Positions 30,519-39,276 of a stretch of DNA of 40,964 bases are shown here, piece after piece. Below the pieces are notes generated by a model. That model was not told the DNA's origin. It did no database searches and worked only from the letters and a program-made list of their open reading frames with translations. The DNA is taken from the IMG/VR virus record IMGVR_UViG_3300034522_000037, positions 1 through 40,964 of that record; one strand, written 5' to 3'. This DNA comes from a virus. The translations under genes and the position numbers were made by a program. Within the stretch, counting starts at the first letter, position 1. Every line of letters begins with the position of its first letter.

Positions 30519-32429
30519 TTAGCCTGCTGCCTTGTTGGCGATGCAGAAGGCCTCTTTGCGGCGGATGCCGGCGTCGACGTCTTGGAATACGCGCAGCATC
30601 AGGCCGTCGCTGCCAGCCAGGGCATACGGGTCGGGCTTGAGGTCCAGCACGCCCCACATGCCGAGGATCATCTGCGAGAAGTCGCCATAGACCCACTTGT
30701 CGGCCGGCATCTGGTTGGTGGCCTCGGCGTGGTAGCCGTTGACCTCGTTACCCTTGTCCCACAGGCGCTCGCCGGTACCGGCGAAGACTTCCTTCTTCTT
30801 GGCCTTGCCGCGCTGCGTGACGCTGGTCAGGTAGGCCAGCGAGCCGCTGTCGACGTTGAAAGTCGCCGCGTTGGTCTCCATGTCGACGACCGTATCCCAA
30901 TCAATCCCGGTGCTCGGGAAGTTGAGGGTCGGAACGCCGGCCATGTTCAGCAGGCCGAGGATCTGGTTATCGACGCCGGTGCCGGTCAGCAGCGCCAGGT
31001 CGATGGCCACGCCGATGCCGTCGACCAGGTCGCCGATGATCAGCGACTCGATCGAGCGGCTGGCCTGCTTGCGCAGCTTGCGGGTGACCGGGATCGCGCC
31101 GGCGATGGTCTTCGGCGACAGCGGGATGGTGGTCAGGTCGAAGTCGCTCGGGGTGACGTTCTCACCCTCGCCCAGCCAGTAGAAGTTGCTGCCGTTGAGC
31201 TTCTTCGGAATGTCCAGGTCGCCCACCAGGCCGCCCAGCATGCGCATGCCCAGCTTGGCCATCACGGTGCGGTTGCGCAGGATGTCGACGAACTGGTCGA
31301 GGCGCAGGTCAGTGGCCACCAGCTCGCCACCCTTGCCGGCTTCGGTCTTGTTCATGCCGCGTTTGTAGCCCTCGAGCAGCAGGTCGTGCGGCACGTAGAA
31401 ACCGCGCGCTTCCTTCTTGAGGTGGTCGCCCAGGGCGATGCTGACCTCGCGCTCGAGGCCCGCCTTGCTCCAGTCGTTCTCGGCGTAGGCGTTCATGGCG
31501 CGCATCAGCGAGTATTCGCCGACTTCCCGCTCGGTCAGGCCCATGGCGCGAGCCGATACGTCCTGCGTGAATTTCGGCAGCTCGCGGGCGCCTGGCTGCG
31601 CCGGCGGGGTGCTGGTCGCGACAGGCTTGTGGCGCTCGAGCAGCTGCGCGCGCAACTGGTCAACCGAGTGACCGGCGGTGATGGCTTCGGACGCCAGCGC
31701 GCGGTGCGCCGGGAACTGATCGCCGAGGGCCATCAGGTCGGCCACGCGCTGACGCTCGAGGGCTACCGGGTCGGTGCCGTTGGTGGTGGTGGTGGCGGTC
31801 GGATTGGTGCGCTGACCGTCGTTCGGATCGTTCGGCTGGGGCATTTCGATACCTCGAATGGTGATGGTGTGAGAGGGTGTTTCAGGGGCGGAACGCCCTA
31901 CCCCGACGGTCGGGTCGGCAGGGATGGAAACGCTGGAAACCTCGTAGGGCTCCCAGCGGGTGACGCGGTAGTGATCGAGGCCGTTTTCGCTGCGCTCGAG
32001 GACCATTTCGACGGGGATGTAGCCGACCGAGATATTCCGGCGGATGCCGTCGATCACGTCCTGCCAGATCTCCTCGGCGCGTTCGCTGCGCGAGAAGCGG
32101 ATCCGCGCGCGCAACTTGCGATCGCTGTCGAGCCAGGCCTCGTCGACGACGCCGATCTGCCCGTTCCAGCTGTTGTGCTGCAGCAGGAAGGGCGCGCCGG
32201 CGCGCAAGCGGGTCAGATCGACCGCCTCGTCGGAGTGGTCGAGCACTTCCATGCCGAACCACCGGCGCACCGGGTATTCGCTGGAAACCGCGACCTCGAC
32301 GGTGCGGGCCTCCTTGTCGATGGTCGACAGATCGACGGCGAGCGAGCGCTGCAGCTGCTTGCCCTCGATCTGCCGCAGAACGGGCGCCGGGGCGCCGCTA
32401 TTCGTCGTCGGTGCCGTCGGGTTTGGCAT
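30519..32429 (-). CDS. Prohead protease - major capsid protein fusion (HK97 type)
   Basis: 636 aa from ATG 32429 (ORF-track start 32534). The N-terminal third (EARTVEVAVSSEYPVRRWFGMEVLDHS...ISVGYIPVEMV...EPYEVSSVSIPADPTVG) looks like the HK97 S78/U35 protease. The C-terminal ~350 aa (LVATDLRLDQFVDILRNRTVMAKLG...TIAGAIPVTRKLRKQ...DLALLTGTG...) looks like an HK97-fold capsid protein. Confidence 0.75.
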   Translation of the reverse strand: MPNPTAPTTNSGAPAPVLRQIEGKQLQRSLAVDLSTIDKEARTVEVAVSSEYPVRRWFGMEVLDHSDEAVDLTRLRAGAPFLLQHNSWNGQIGVVDEAWLDSDRKLRARIRFSRSERAEEIWQDVIDGIRRNISVGYIPVEMVLERSENGLDHYRVTRWEPYEVSSVSIPADPTVGVGRSAPETPSHTITIRGIEMPQPNDPNDGQRTNPTATTTTNGTDPVALERQRVADLMALGDQFPAHRALASEAITAGHSVDQLRAQLLERHKPVATSTPPAQPGARELPKFTQDVSARAMGLTEREVGEYSLMRAMNAYAENDWSKAGLEREVSIALGDHLKKEARGFYVPHDLLLEGYKRGMNKTEAGKGGELVATDLRLDQFVDILRNRTVMAKLGMRMLGGLVGDLDIPKKLNGSNFYWLGEGENVTPSDFDLTTIPLSPKTIAGAIPVTRKLRKQASRSIESLIIGDLVDGIGVAIDLALLTGTGVDNQILGLLNMAGVPTLNFPSTGIDWDTVVDMETNAATFNVDSGSLAYLTSVTQRGKAKKKEVFAGTGERLWDKGNEVNGYHAEATNQMPADKWVYGDFSQMILGMWGVLDLKPDPYALAGSDGLMLRVFQDVDAGIRRKEAFCIANKAAG

Positions 32430-33918
32430 CGTCGGGTTCCTCGGTTGGTTGGGGTTCAGCGAGCAGACCCAGCTCGCGCAGGCGCTCGGCCTCGTCGGCC
32501 AGCTCGGCGAAAATCTCGTCGGGGTCGTCGCCATTGGCGCGGATGTACGAACTGCGCGACTTGGTGCGGTTGCCGATCGACTCGGTGGCCGATTTGCTGT
32601 CTTTCAGCGGGTCGACCCAATCCCAGCCACGTGGCTGCCAGGCCTGCTCGCTGCTGCGAGCCAGATCCCGGGGCGGGATCTGCAAGGCGCCCTTGAGCAG
32701 GGCGCACTCGAACCAGGTTTCGCCGAGGCGCTCGAGCAGCTCGCTGATAACCAGCTCCTGCACGCACTTGTAGAAGTCGCGCTCGTCGAGCGTGCCGTCG
32801 CGCAGGCTCGAGAAGCTCACGCCCTCGAGGTCGTTGGAAAGCCGGTTGTAGCTCGGCCCCAGGCCACCGGCGGCGCTGCGCAGGGTGTCTTTGACGAAGG
32901 GGGCGAAGTCGCTCCCGGGCGTGTTGTGGTTGAGCTCGCGGTACTTGTAGCCGTAGGGCAGCGCCCGGGCGGTACCGGCCTCGACTTCCTCGTAGATCGC
33001 ACCGACGTCGTCTTCGTCGTCGTTGGGCGGGTCGAGCCATTCGGCGTCGGGCTCATAGAAGCCGGTGATCTTGGCCGCATGCTCGGCCTTGATCCGCGTC
33101 GCCTGGCGAAACTCCTCGAGGTGGTGCAGATCCAGCGCGGCGGCATGGGTCCAGGTGAAGCCACGCACCTGGTGCGGGCGCCACGGGTCGAAGCTATGGA
33201 TCAGCTCGTCGGCCGGGATCCGCTCGTACTTCTCCTCGACCGGGCCGTGATAGACGTCGCCGGGGTGGTACTTGAGCAGCCAGTAGGCGACCGGGCGCTC
33301 CCAGGCGTCGAGCTCGACGCCCATGCGGATGCGGTTGCCGTTGTCGAGTTCCTGGTTAAGGTTGAGATCCAGCCGATCGGCCTCGAGGATCTGCACCGCG
33401 AAGCCCCAACGGTTCGGCCAGTTGCGCAGCAGGCGCACAAGCACCTCGCCGTCGCGGGCCAGGGTCTCGATCCAGAGCCAGGAAAACGAAACGAAGCTGT
33501 AGCGGCCGGTGACGTCGAAAACGCCCTTGCGGCAGAACTTGGCCCATTCCTTCTCGATCAGCCGGCGGGTGATGCGGTCGGGCTTGCCATCGGGCAGCAC
33601 GGCCTTTGACTGCAGGCGGATGCCGTAGGGGCCGATGACGTTCTGCCGCAGCAGGCGATAGAAGCGCTTGAGCGGCGAGGCGTTGATCGACTGCTCGCGG
33701 GCGCGCTGTCGCAGCGTCTCGTGGTCGCCGTAGATCAGCTGGTTGGCATCGGCGCCACTCGAGCGACGCGACCAGGCCTTCGTCAGCCCGCCAGCGCTGG
33801 CCATCTTGAAGCCTCGACGGCCGACGGTCGGCTCCCGCCGTGCGGTGCTGGCATCGGCGGCAGGCGTGCGCTCGCCACCCCAGCCCAGGCGCGCCATTAG
33901 GCGGCTTAGCGGGTTCAT
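32398..33918 (-). CDS. Portal protein (lambda gpB family)
   Basis: 506 aa, located between a gpW-like gene and the protease-capsid gene. It has an acidic C-terminus. The sequence pattern is consistent with lambda-type portals. Confidence 0.8.
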   Translation of the reverse strand: MNPLSRLMARLGWGGERTPAADASTARREPTVGRRGFKMASAGGLTKAWSRRSSGADANQLIYGDHETLRQRAREQSINASPLKRFYRLLRQNVIGPYGIRLQSKAVLPDGKPDRITRRLIEKEWAKFCRKGVFDVTGRYSFVSFSWLWIETLARDGEVLVRLLRNWPNRWGFAVQILEADRLDLNLNQELDNGNRIRMGVELDAWERPVAYWLLKYHPGDVYHGPVEEKYERIPADELIHSFDPWRPHQVRGFTWTHAAALDLHHLEEFRQATRIKAEHAAKITGFYEPDAEWLDPPNDDEDDVGAIYEEVEAGTARALPYGYKYRELNHNTPGSDFAPFVKDTLRSAAGGLGPSYNRLSNDLEGVSFSSLRDGTLDERDFYKCVQELVISELLERLGETWFECALLKGALQIPPRDLARSSEQAWQPRGWDWVDPLKDSKSATESIGNRTKSRSSYIRANGDDPDEIFAELADEAERLRELGLLAEPQPTEEPDDAKPDGTDDE

Positions 33919-33922
33919 AGGC

Positions 33923-34438
33923 TTACCTCAGAATGAAATGCACCGGGCGGCCGAGTGGCCATCGGCGGTTGCGCTCGCGCGCCGCCTCGCGGCGGTACTG
34001 CAGGCGCAGCTCGTTGAGTCGCTCGATCGGGATCCGGTCAAGGCGCTGGCCGTCGATCTCGTAGCTCTGCTGATCCTTGGGGATCCGCTTCTCGAGCGCG
34101 GCTTCGATCAGGGCGAGCATGCGCTGCGCGTGGCTGCGCACGTCGCTCGGTTCGGCCGTGGCGAGGTTCGGGTCGACCTGCAGCGTGCCCTTGGCCACCG
34201 TCAGGCGCTCGTCGCCCTTGGCGGCCAGCGCGACCCAGCGGTAGAGCCCGGGCGCCCACGTTGCCGTGGTACCGGCCGAGAGCTCGACGCGGTACGGGGC
34301 AGCGGCGATCGCCGCGACCTCGTGCCGCTCGGGGCCACTGAAGACGTACACCAGCGCCCAGCCGTCAGCAGACGGGCAGGCGGGCACGTCACGCGACCAG
34401 GCGACCGAGTCGCCGGCGTGTAGGGTGGTCGGTTCCAT
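33923..34438 (-). CDS. Head-tail connector protein with a gpW-like C-terminal domain
   Basis: 171 aa. The C-terminal QQSYEIDGQRLDRIPIERLNELRLQYRREAARER resembles lambda gpW (...[25 protein letters not shown]). It lies between TerL and portal, as W does in lambda. The ~100-aa N-terminal extension is unassigned. Confidence 0.5.
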   Translation of the reverse strand: MEPTTLHAGDSVAWSRDVPACPSADGWALVYVFSGPERHEVAAIAAAPYRVELSAGTTATWAPGLYRWVALAAKGDERLTVAKGTLQVDPNLATAEPSDVRSHAQRMLALIEAALEKRIPKDQQSYEIDGQRLDRIPIERLNELRLQYRREAARERNRRWPLGRPVHFILR

Positions 34439-34441
34439 GGG

Positions 34442-36562
34442 TCACCGGGGTGATTTGCGGATGATCTTCACGCGGGGACGGGCCTTGGCCCGTGGTTTCG
34501 GTGGCTCTGCAGGGGCTGGCGACCGGGGCGCAGGTGGCGGGGTGTCGTCGCCCTCCTCCTGGTCGGCATCCACCGGCGCGGGCTGCGGATCCGCAACGGG
34601 CTGGCCACCCTTGACCAGGGCGACGAGCTCGGCACGGGTCAGGGCGCCGACCTTGCGGCGCTGCAGCTTGTCGCGCAGGGCGAGGATGTACTGCATCGCC
34701 TCACAGTCGAGGTAATGGTTTTCGCCGACCTGGTGGAAACGGCCCTCGCTTTCGCGCCACTCCTCGCCGACCAGCTGCTTGCAGTAGTCGTCGGTGACTT
34801 GCTGATGCAGCAGCCACCAGCCGGGCCGGGTATCCGGCCGGCCGAAACGGCTATGCACCCAGCGCTTTGCGAGGGGCGAATCGAACGCCCAGCGGGCATC
34901 GCCGCGCTTGCGGGTTTTGCCCTTCTTGTCCTGCTCGACCAGCTCCTTGCGGAACGGTTTGTCGAGCTTCTCCCGGCCGCGCAGGGCGATGGCTCGCCCC
35001 TTGTGCTCGTTGATGAACTTGTAGACCTGGTCGTCGCGATAGCCGATATCGATGCCCGTCAGGCTGATGCCGTGACCGTCACCGTATTCGGTATCGATCA
35101 GCTCGGACAGCTGGTCCCATACGGCATCCTGATCGGTCTCGCCCCACAGCTCGCCGTGCTCGAGGAGCATCGAGCCGAGGCCGGCGAACCAGGCGCGCAC
35201 GACGTACACCAGGCGGTTTTTCTGCACGTCGATCGTGCAGTAGATCCGCAGGGGCTCGTGCAGCAGCTCGGCGGCGGCGTAGCCAAAGCATTGCGCGCGA
35301 ACCTCCTCCCAGCTTGGGGCGTCGCCCGCCTCGGCGTAGCACTCGCCGAAACCCGTGTTGTAGACGGCCAGCAACTTGGCCGGGTCGCCATCGATCAGGG
35401 CGGCCAGCAGCTTCTTGGCCAGGAAGCCATAGGACTTCTTGACGGCGAAGCTGCACAGGCCCGAGACCCATATCGAGTAGTGAGTAAACCCGGCCGTGTC
35501 AGCGGTGCCGAGGATCTGGCCCTTCTTGCTGATCGACTCGCCGGGGGCAACCGGCACGCCCCGAGCATTCATCCAGGGGCGCCACTTGTCCTCGATCATG
35601 CAGCCGTTGCAGGGACAGGTCAGCCGCGCATGCTTGAAGGCCTCGTCGGGCGTGCACTCCTCGGCCGAGCCCTTGCCGGGCCACCAGAGCAGGCCCGACC
35701 AGGGCACGAAGTATTCGCCGCACTCGGGGCACGGCACCGCCCACTCGTGGCGGGTGCCCGATTGCCAGAGCTGCCAGACCTTCGAGCCGACTTTTTTCGC
35801 CTCGGCAACGACCCAATGCCACAGGCCGGTGCGTTCGTCTGGCCGGCGCTCGATCTTGCCGTGCGTGGGCGTGGCGGTGTAACCGATTTTCGAGTCGGCG
35901 TAGGCATCGCCCCGCGCCTCGATGATTTCGGTCGTGTCACCTTCGCCCGTGTTTACGATGCGATCGACCTCGTCGACCATCACCAGGCCGGCAGAGTCGG
36001 CGGCGAGCTCGGTCGGCGAGCCGGCCCAGGCGAAACGGAACTTGGTACCGCCCAGCCACTTGACCGTTTTCGTGCTGCGCCCTTCGTACTTCGCCGCGAG
36101 CGACTCGCACTCGCCGAACATGGCCATGAATTTGGGCTCGACCGTGCCATCGATCAGCGGCTTGGTCGGGGCAACGTACAGGCAGGGCGTCGGATCCTCG
36201 TCGAGCCGGTGGCCGATGATGTTTTCCATCGTCACCGACTTGCCCATCTGCGTGCCCATGACGAAGGTTACGCGGGAAAAGCAGGGCTGCGCGAACGCCC
36301 AGGCGACCGGGCGCATATAGGGGTTGGTGTCAGGGTTGAACGGCCCGGGGATCGGCGCGCTCGGCGGCATGATGCGCTTGTCGGCCGCCCACTGGTCAGC
36401 CGTCCTCGGCGGCGGCGCCTGCACCATCTTCGCCGCGTAGCTGATCGAGGTGGTCAACGTCCGCAACGAGCTCGCGTGCGCGACGTTCGAGGCGGTCGGC
36501 AGTAGCTGCGCGGATACGCCGCGTTTCTTCAAATACTCGAGCTCGGATGGTGGCAGGGTCAT
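34442..36562 (-). CDS. Terminase large subunit (lambda GpA family)
   Basis: 706 aa. Walker A-like VMGTQMGKSVT, Walker B LVMVDEVD, and a GpA-like Cys cluster CPECGEYF...CPCNGC. An internal ATG at 36427 (MVQAPPP...) is an alternative start that would reduce the overlap with TerS. Confidence 0.85.
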   Translation of the reverse strand: MTLPPSELEYLKKRGVSAQLLPTASNVAHASSLRTLTTSISYAAKMVQAPPPRTADQWAADKRIMPPSAPIPGPFNPDTNPYMRPVAWAFAQPCFSRVTFVMGTQMGKSVTMENIIGHRLDEDPTPCLYVAPTKPLIDGTVEPKFMAMFGECESLAAKYEGRSTKTVKWLGGTKFRFAWAGSPTELAADSAGLVMVDEVDRIVNTGEGDTTEIIEARGDAYADSKIGYTATPTHGKIERRPDERTGLWHWVVAEAKKVGSKVWQLWQSGTRHEWAVPCPECGEYFVPWSGLLWWPGKGSAEECTPDEAFKHARLTCPCNGCMIEDKWRPWMNARGVPVAPGESISKKGQILGTADTAGFTHYSIWVSGLCSFAVKKSYGFLAKKLLAALIDGDPAKLLAVYNTGFGECYAEAGDAPSWEEVRAQCFGYAAAELLHEPLRIYCTIDVQKNRLVYVVRAWFAGLGSMLLEHGELWGETDQDAVWDQLSELIDTEYGDGHGISLTGIDIGYRDDQVYKFINEHKGRAIALRGREKLDKPFRKELVEQDKKGKTRKRGDARWAFDSPLAKRWVHSRFGRPDTRPGWWLLHQQVTDDYCKQLVGEEWRESEGRFHQVGENHYLDCEAMQYILALRDKLQRRKVGALTRAELVALVKGGQPVADPQPAPVDADQEEGDDTPPPAPRSPAPAEPPKPRAKARPRVKIIRKSPR

Positions 36563-36965
36563 CGATCACCGCCAGATCGGCAGCGCAGCGGCTAGGCAGC
36601 GCGTCGAGTTGAGTTGCATAAACGGCCGCGACGCTGACCAGGATCTGCGAGACGGTGTCGGCAGGCAGGAGCCGGCCGCGCGTCTGGTCGATCTCGAGCT
36701 GCAGCTTTTCGCGGCGCGCGCGCTTGAGCAGGCGATCCTCGGTCGAGGCAGAGGCGAGCCCCTCCTCGTCTTCGTCGTCGCCGAGCTCCTGGCGAACGGC
36801 GCGGGAGATCAGCCACTCGATCGCGGCCTCGCTGTCGATCTGCACCTCGACGCCACGACCACCGCCACCGGAAACCGGCAGGCCGTCGTCGATAAGTTTC
36901 GAGATCCAGCGCGGCGACTTGCCGATCAGCTCGCCGAGTTCCTTCTTGCTGACGATCTTGCCCAT
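36396..36965 (-). CDS. Terminase small subunit (Nu1-like, N-terminal HTH)
   Basis: 189 aa from ATG 36965. MGKIVSKKELGELIGKSPRWISKLIDDGLPV is a Nu1-type winged HTH. No SD precedes this ATG. The ORF-track start 37013 adds a hydrophobic, unlikely N-terminus, so the start is uncertain. Confidence 0.65.
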   Translation of the reverse strand: MGKIVSKKELGELIGKSPRWISKLIDDGLPVSGGGGRGVEVQIDSEAAIEWLISRAVRQELGDDEDEEGLASASTEDRLLKRARREKLQLEIDQTRGRLLPADTVSQILVSVAAVYATQLDALPSRCAADLAVIDDPATIRARVFEETRRIRAATADRLERRARELVADVDHLDQLRGEDGAGAAAEDG

Positions 36966-37003
36966 GGGGAGAAAGGACCAAAGGAACCAAGGAACAAAAG
37001 CGC

Positions 37004-37243
37004 AAAACCGCATAAGTCCTTTTGAACTGATGCGGTTTTGATCCTCTGCGGAATAGGGTCGAGGCCCCGCCGTGACTGGCTGCGGGGTCAGCCGAGCGAA
37101 GCAGGCCGGCAGGGCCTCGAGAAAGGAAGAACGGACCCGACTCGCGGATCCAAACCCGCGCGAAGCCCGCGAGTTTCACACCCGTGAAGGGGGAGGGGCC
37201 GGGGGAGTACCTAAAACCCGTGGCGCACCAACCTGGGGCGAGA
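37004..37243. other. Non-coding region upstream of the terminase genes; candidate cos region
   Basis: 230-bp gap with a 10-bp-stem hairpin aaaaccgcat...atgcggtttt (37004..37039), further inverted repeats (actcgcgg...ccgcgagt) and a G-rich tract gggggaggggccggggga. It is adjacent to reiterated aagga(a/c)c units at 36972..36996. The exact cosN cannot be determined from sequence alone. Confidence 0.3.
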
Positions 37244-37768
37244 TCAATAGACGACGCCTTCTGTATTGATCGCTTCATTGCAGCGAACGCCAATGGCGCA
37301 CGAGCACGCCCCCGGCTTTTCGCAGCGCACGCGCTGCAGCGCCACGGACGGAACAGCGACAGCCGGCCAATGCTCTGACATCTCAGCCGGCAGGGCTGCC
37401 GCCACAGTGAGGATCTGCTCGAGGCCGCCGATCTCCTGCAGATCCAGCAGGTTACGCTTCAAGCGATAGCCTTCGAGCTCCCACAACTGCGCGCGGGCCA
37501 CATCCTTCGCCCGGGAGATCGCGCGATTGCGACCGACCATCTCGTCGAAGTTCTCAGCACTTGCAGCGCCGGCCTTGCCAATCGCCACCACGAAGTTGCC
37601 CGGGGCGATGGCGGCCGCCACGGTCACGGTGGTGCCGGGTATCACATAGGTGTGGAAGCTCAGCTGGCTGACCAGGTCGTCGATCTGCTCGGGCAGCACG
37701 CGCGGGGCCGTCAGGCCTTTGGCCAGGATCTGTGCCTCGAGGGCCTTGTCTTGTTCGCTTGGTGTCAT
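37244..37768 (-). CDS. Hypothetical protein (possible Gp49/Sf6-gp66-like N-terminal domain)
   Basis: 174 aa. HTYVIPGTTVTVAAAIAPGNFVVAIGKAGAASAENFDEMVGRNRAISRAKDVARAQLWELEGYRLK resembles that small phage family from memory. Confidence 0.4.
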   Translation of the reverse strand: MTPSEQDKALEAQILAKGLTAPRVLPEQIDDLVSQLSFHTYVIPGTTVTVAAAIAPGNFVVAIGKAGAASAENFDEMVGRNRAISRAKDVARAQLWELEGYRLKRNLLDLQEIGGLEQILTVAAALPAEMSEHWPAVAVPSVALQRVRCEKPGACSCAIGVRCNEAINTEGVVY

Positions 37769-37776
37769 GGGCGGGC

Positions 37777-38283
37777 CTATTGCGGTGACTGGTTGGTGAT
37801 CGCCTGGTGCTCGAGCAGGTACGCCTGCAGCTGCTTTAGCTGCTCGGCGTTTGCGTGGCAGGCGGTGTAGTTGCCGGCGACGGTGCCTGTGACGGCAGAG
37901 AGTGCAACGCCCGAGGGGGCTTCATCAGCAGCGCCGGCAGATCCAGGGGCTGGCAGGCCTGCCGCGACTGCGTCGTGCAACCGGACAAAGCCAACAGGGA
38001 CAGGGCAAGCGCGATCAGCAGCTTCTGAGACATAGACAGGCACCTCTTTAATGATGGTCTGGCCGCGCTTCTCGATCACTTGCACGCGGTCGACGTATTC
38101 AGTGACAACGCGGTCGCGCACGGTACCGAGCGCGCGGCCCTGATCGAAGGCCTGGCGCAGCTGCTCGTGCTCGAGCGCCTTCGCCTGCGCCTGCTCGTTG
38201 CTTGCGCCTTGAGTCCAGCCCAGGGCGTAGACCAGGCCAGCGATCACCAGGAGGGCGGCGAGGGCGATGATTCTCGACTTCAT
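37777..38283 (-). CDS. i-spanin (Rz-like)
   Basis: 168 aa with an N-terminal TM anchor (IIALAALLVIAGLVYAL) and a coiled periplasmic domain. It follows the endolysin gene and contains a nested lipoprotein ORF. Confidence 0.7.
   Translation of the reverse strand: MKSRIIALAALLVIAGLVYALGWTQGASNEQAQAKALEHEQLRQAFDQGRALGTVRDRVVTEYVDRVQVIEKRGQTIIKEVPVYVSEAADRACPVPVGFVRLHDAVAAGLPAPGSAGAADEAPSGVALSAVTGTVAGNYTACHANAEQLKQLQAYLLEHQAITNQSPQ
37836..38033 (-). CDS. o-spanin (Rz1-like lipoprotein) embedded in the i-spanin gene
   Basis: 65 aa in an alternative frame entirely inside 37777..38283. Its signal peptide ends in the lipobox LALSGC, and the mature part is Pro-rich. Confidence 0.65.
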   Translation of the reverse strand: MSQKLLIALALSLLALSGCTTQSRQACQPLDLPALLMKPPRALHSLPSQAPSPATTPPATQTPSS

Positions 38284-38828
38284 AGGCGCACCAGATAGAC
38301 AGAGCGTTGCAGTTCGCGGCGTATGGGGATGCCGCGGCAGTTGTTTTTCGGTTCTCGACAGTCGCGGCCGGCAACGAACATCCAGCGGCCGAACTGCTGC
38401 GCGGCGAGCTCGTGCATGCCGGCCTTAGCCAGCTGCAGCAGCGTCGAGCGGGCCAGCGCGCCGATGCCCACGTTGTAGGAAAAGTCGGCCATGGCGATCT
38501 TGGAGAACAACGGCGCGTCAGGCGCGGCGCGCATGACGTAGTCGACCGCCTGGCCCAGGTCGGCCTGCAGATAGGCCTCGCATTGCTCAGGCGTGGCCAC
38601 GTCGCCGGGCCTGACGCCTTTCGTGTGGCCGGTGCAGATCGTCCAGACGCCGCCGGTGTCGGGGTAGGCCTCGTAGACCGTGCCCTCCATTTCCGGCGTC
38701 ATCACCACCAGGGCGGCCATGATCGCGGCGCGCTCAACAGGACGCGGCAGGCCGGTCTCGTTGACCGTGAAGCCGGCAGCGGCGAGCGTCAGCGTCACCG
38801 CGGCAATAATTCGCTTAATTAGGGTCAC
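38280..38828 (-). CDS. SAR endolysin (GH24 lysozyme, P21 R-like)
   Basis: 182 aa. The N-terminal weakly hydrophobic IIAAVTLTLAAAGFTV is SAR-like. The catalytic region EMEGTVYEAYPDTGGVWTICTGHT matches the E-x8-D-x5-T lysozyme triad. Confidence 0.8.
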   Translation of the reverse strand: MTLIKRIIAAVTLTLAAAGFTVNETGLPRPVERAAIMAALVVMTPEMEGTVYEAYPDTGGVWTICTGHTKGVRPGDVATPEQCEAYLQADLGQAVDYVMRAAPDAPLFSKIAMADFSYNVGIGALARSTLLQLAKAGMHELAAQQFGRWMFVAGRDCREPKNNCRGIPIRRELQRSVYLVRL

Positions 38829-39060
38829 GGCTCACCTCGCAAGCCTCGCCAGCACGCCGAGCGCGCACATGGCGCACCAACGGGATCAGCCAGCGGCGCA
38901 CCACCAGGTCGAGGAACAGGCCGGCCGCATAAAGGCAACCAAAGACCAGCGTCCACTCCTGCAGGGTCAGCCCCCACAGCACCAGGGAGGCACCGAACGG
39001 GGCGGCCTTTACCGCCTCGAGCTTGAGCGCCCCAGCGAGCGCGACGTCGTCAGCTGCCAT
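38815..39060 (-). CDS. Holin/pinholin candidate
   Basis: 81 aa from ATG 39060 (ggagg 7 nt upstream). It has two hydrophobic helices (FGASLVLWGLTL, LVFGCLYAAGLFLDLVV) and a basic C-terminus. It overlaps the endolysin start. The rest of the 176-aa track ORF is rejected. Confidence 0.6.
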   Translation of the reverse strand: MAADDVALAGALKLEAVKAAPFGASLVLWGLTLQEWTLVFGCLYAAGLFLDLVVRRWLIPLVRHVRARRAGEACEVSRDPN

Positions 39061-39076
39061 CAGGCGGCCTCCAGAA

Positions 39077-39101
39077 ATAGAAAACCCCGCACGGGGCGGG
39101 G
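39077..39101 (-). terminator. Rho-independent terminator just upstream of the lysis genes
   Basis: Minus strand: ccccgc-cccgt-gcgggg followed by ttttctattt. Confidence 0.65.
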
Positions 39102-39205
39102 CTGGTGAATTGCAGGCCGAGGCCTGCACGAGGAGAGAAGGGGCCACCCGCAGGCGGCCAAGTAGAGGGCTTACATACAGGCCTCCGGGGTCAGCGAGTA
39201 ACGGA

Positions 39206-39235
39206 AACGAAAAAGCCCGCCAAGAGGCGGGCTTT
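39206..39235 (-). terminator. Rho-independent terminator (candidate tR-prime-like site downstream of the late promoter)
   Basis: Minus strand: aaagcccgcc-tctt-ggcgggcttt followed by ttcgtttcc. The stem is a perfect 10 bp. Confidence 0.7.
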
Positions 39236-39276
39236 AGTCGTTTGTATCGCAGAGTGGTTAAAGTACCCTGCGCGCC

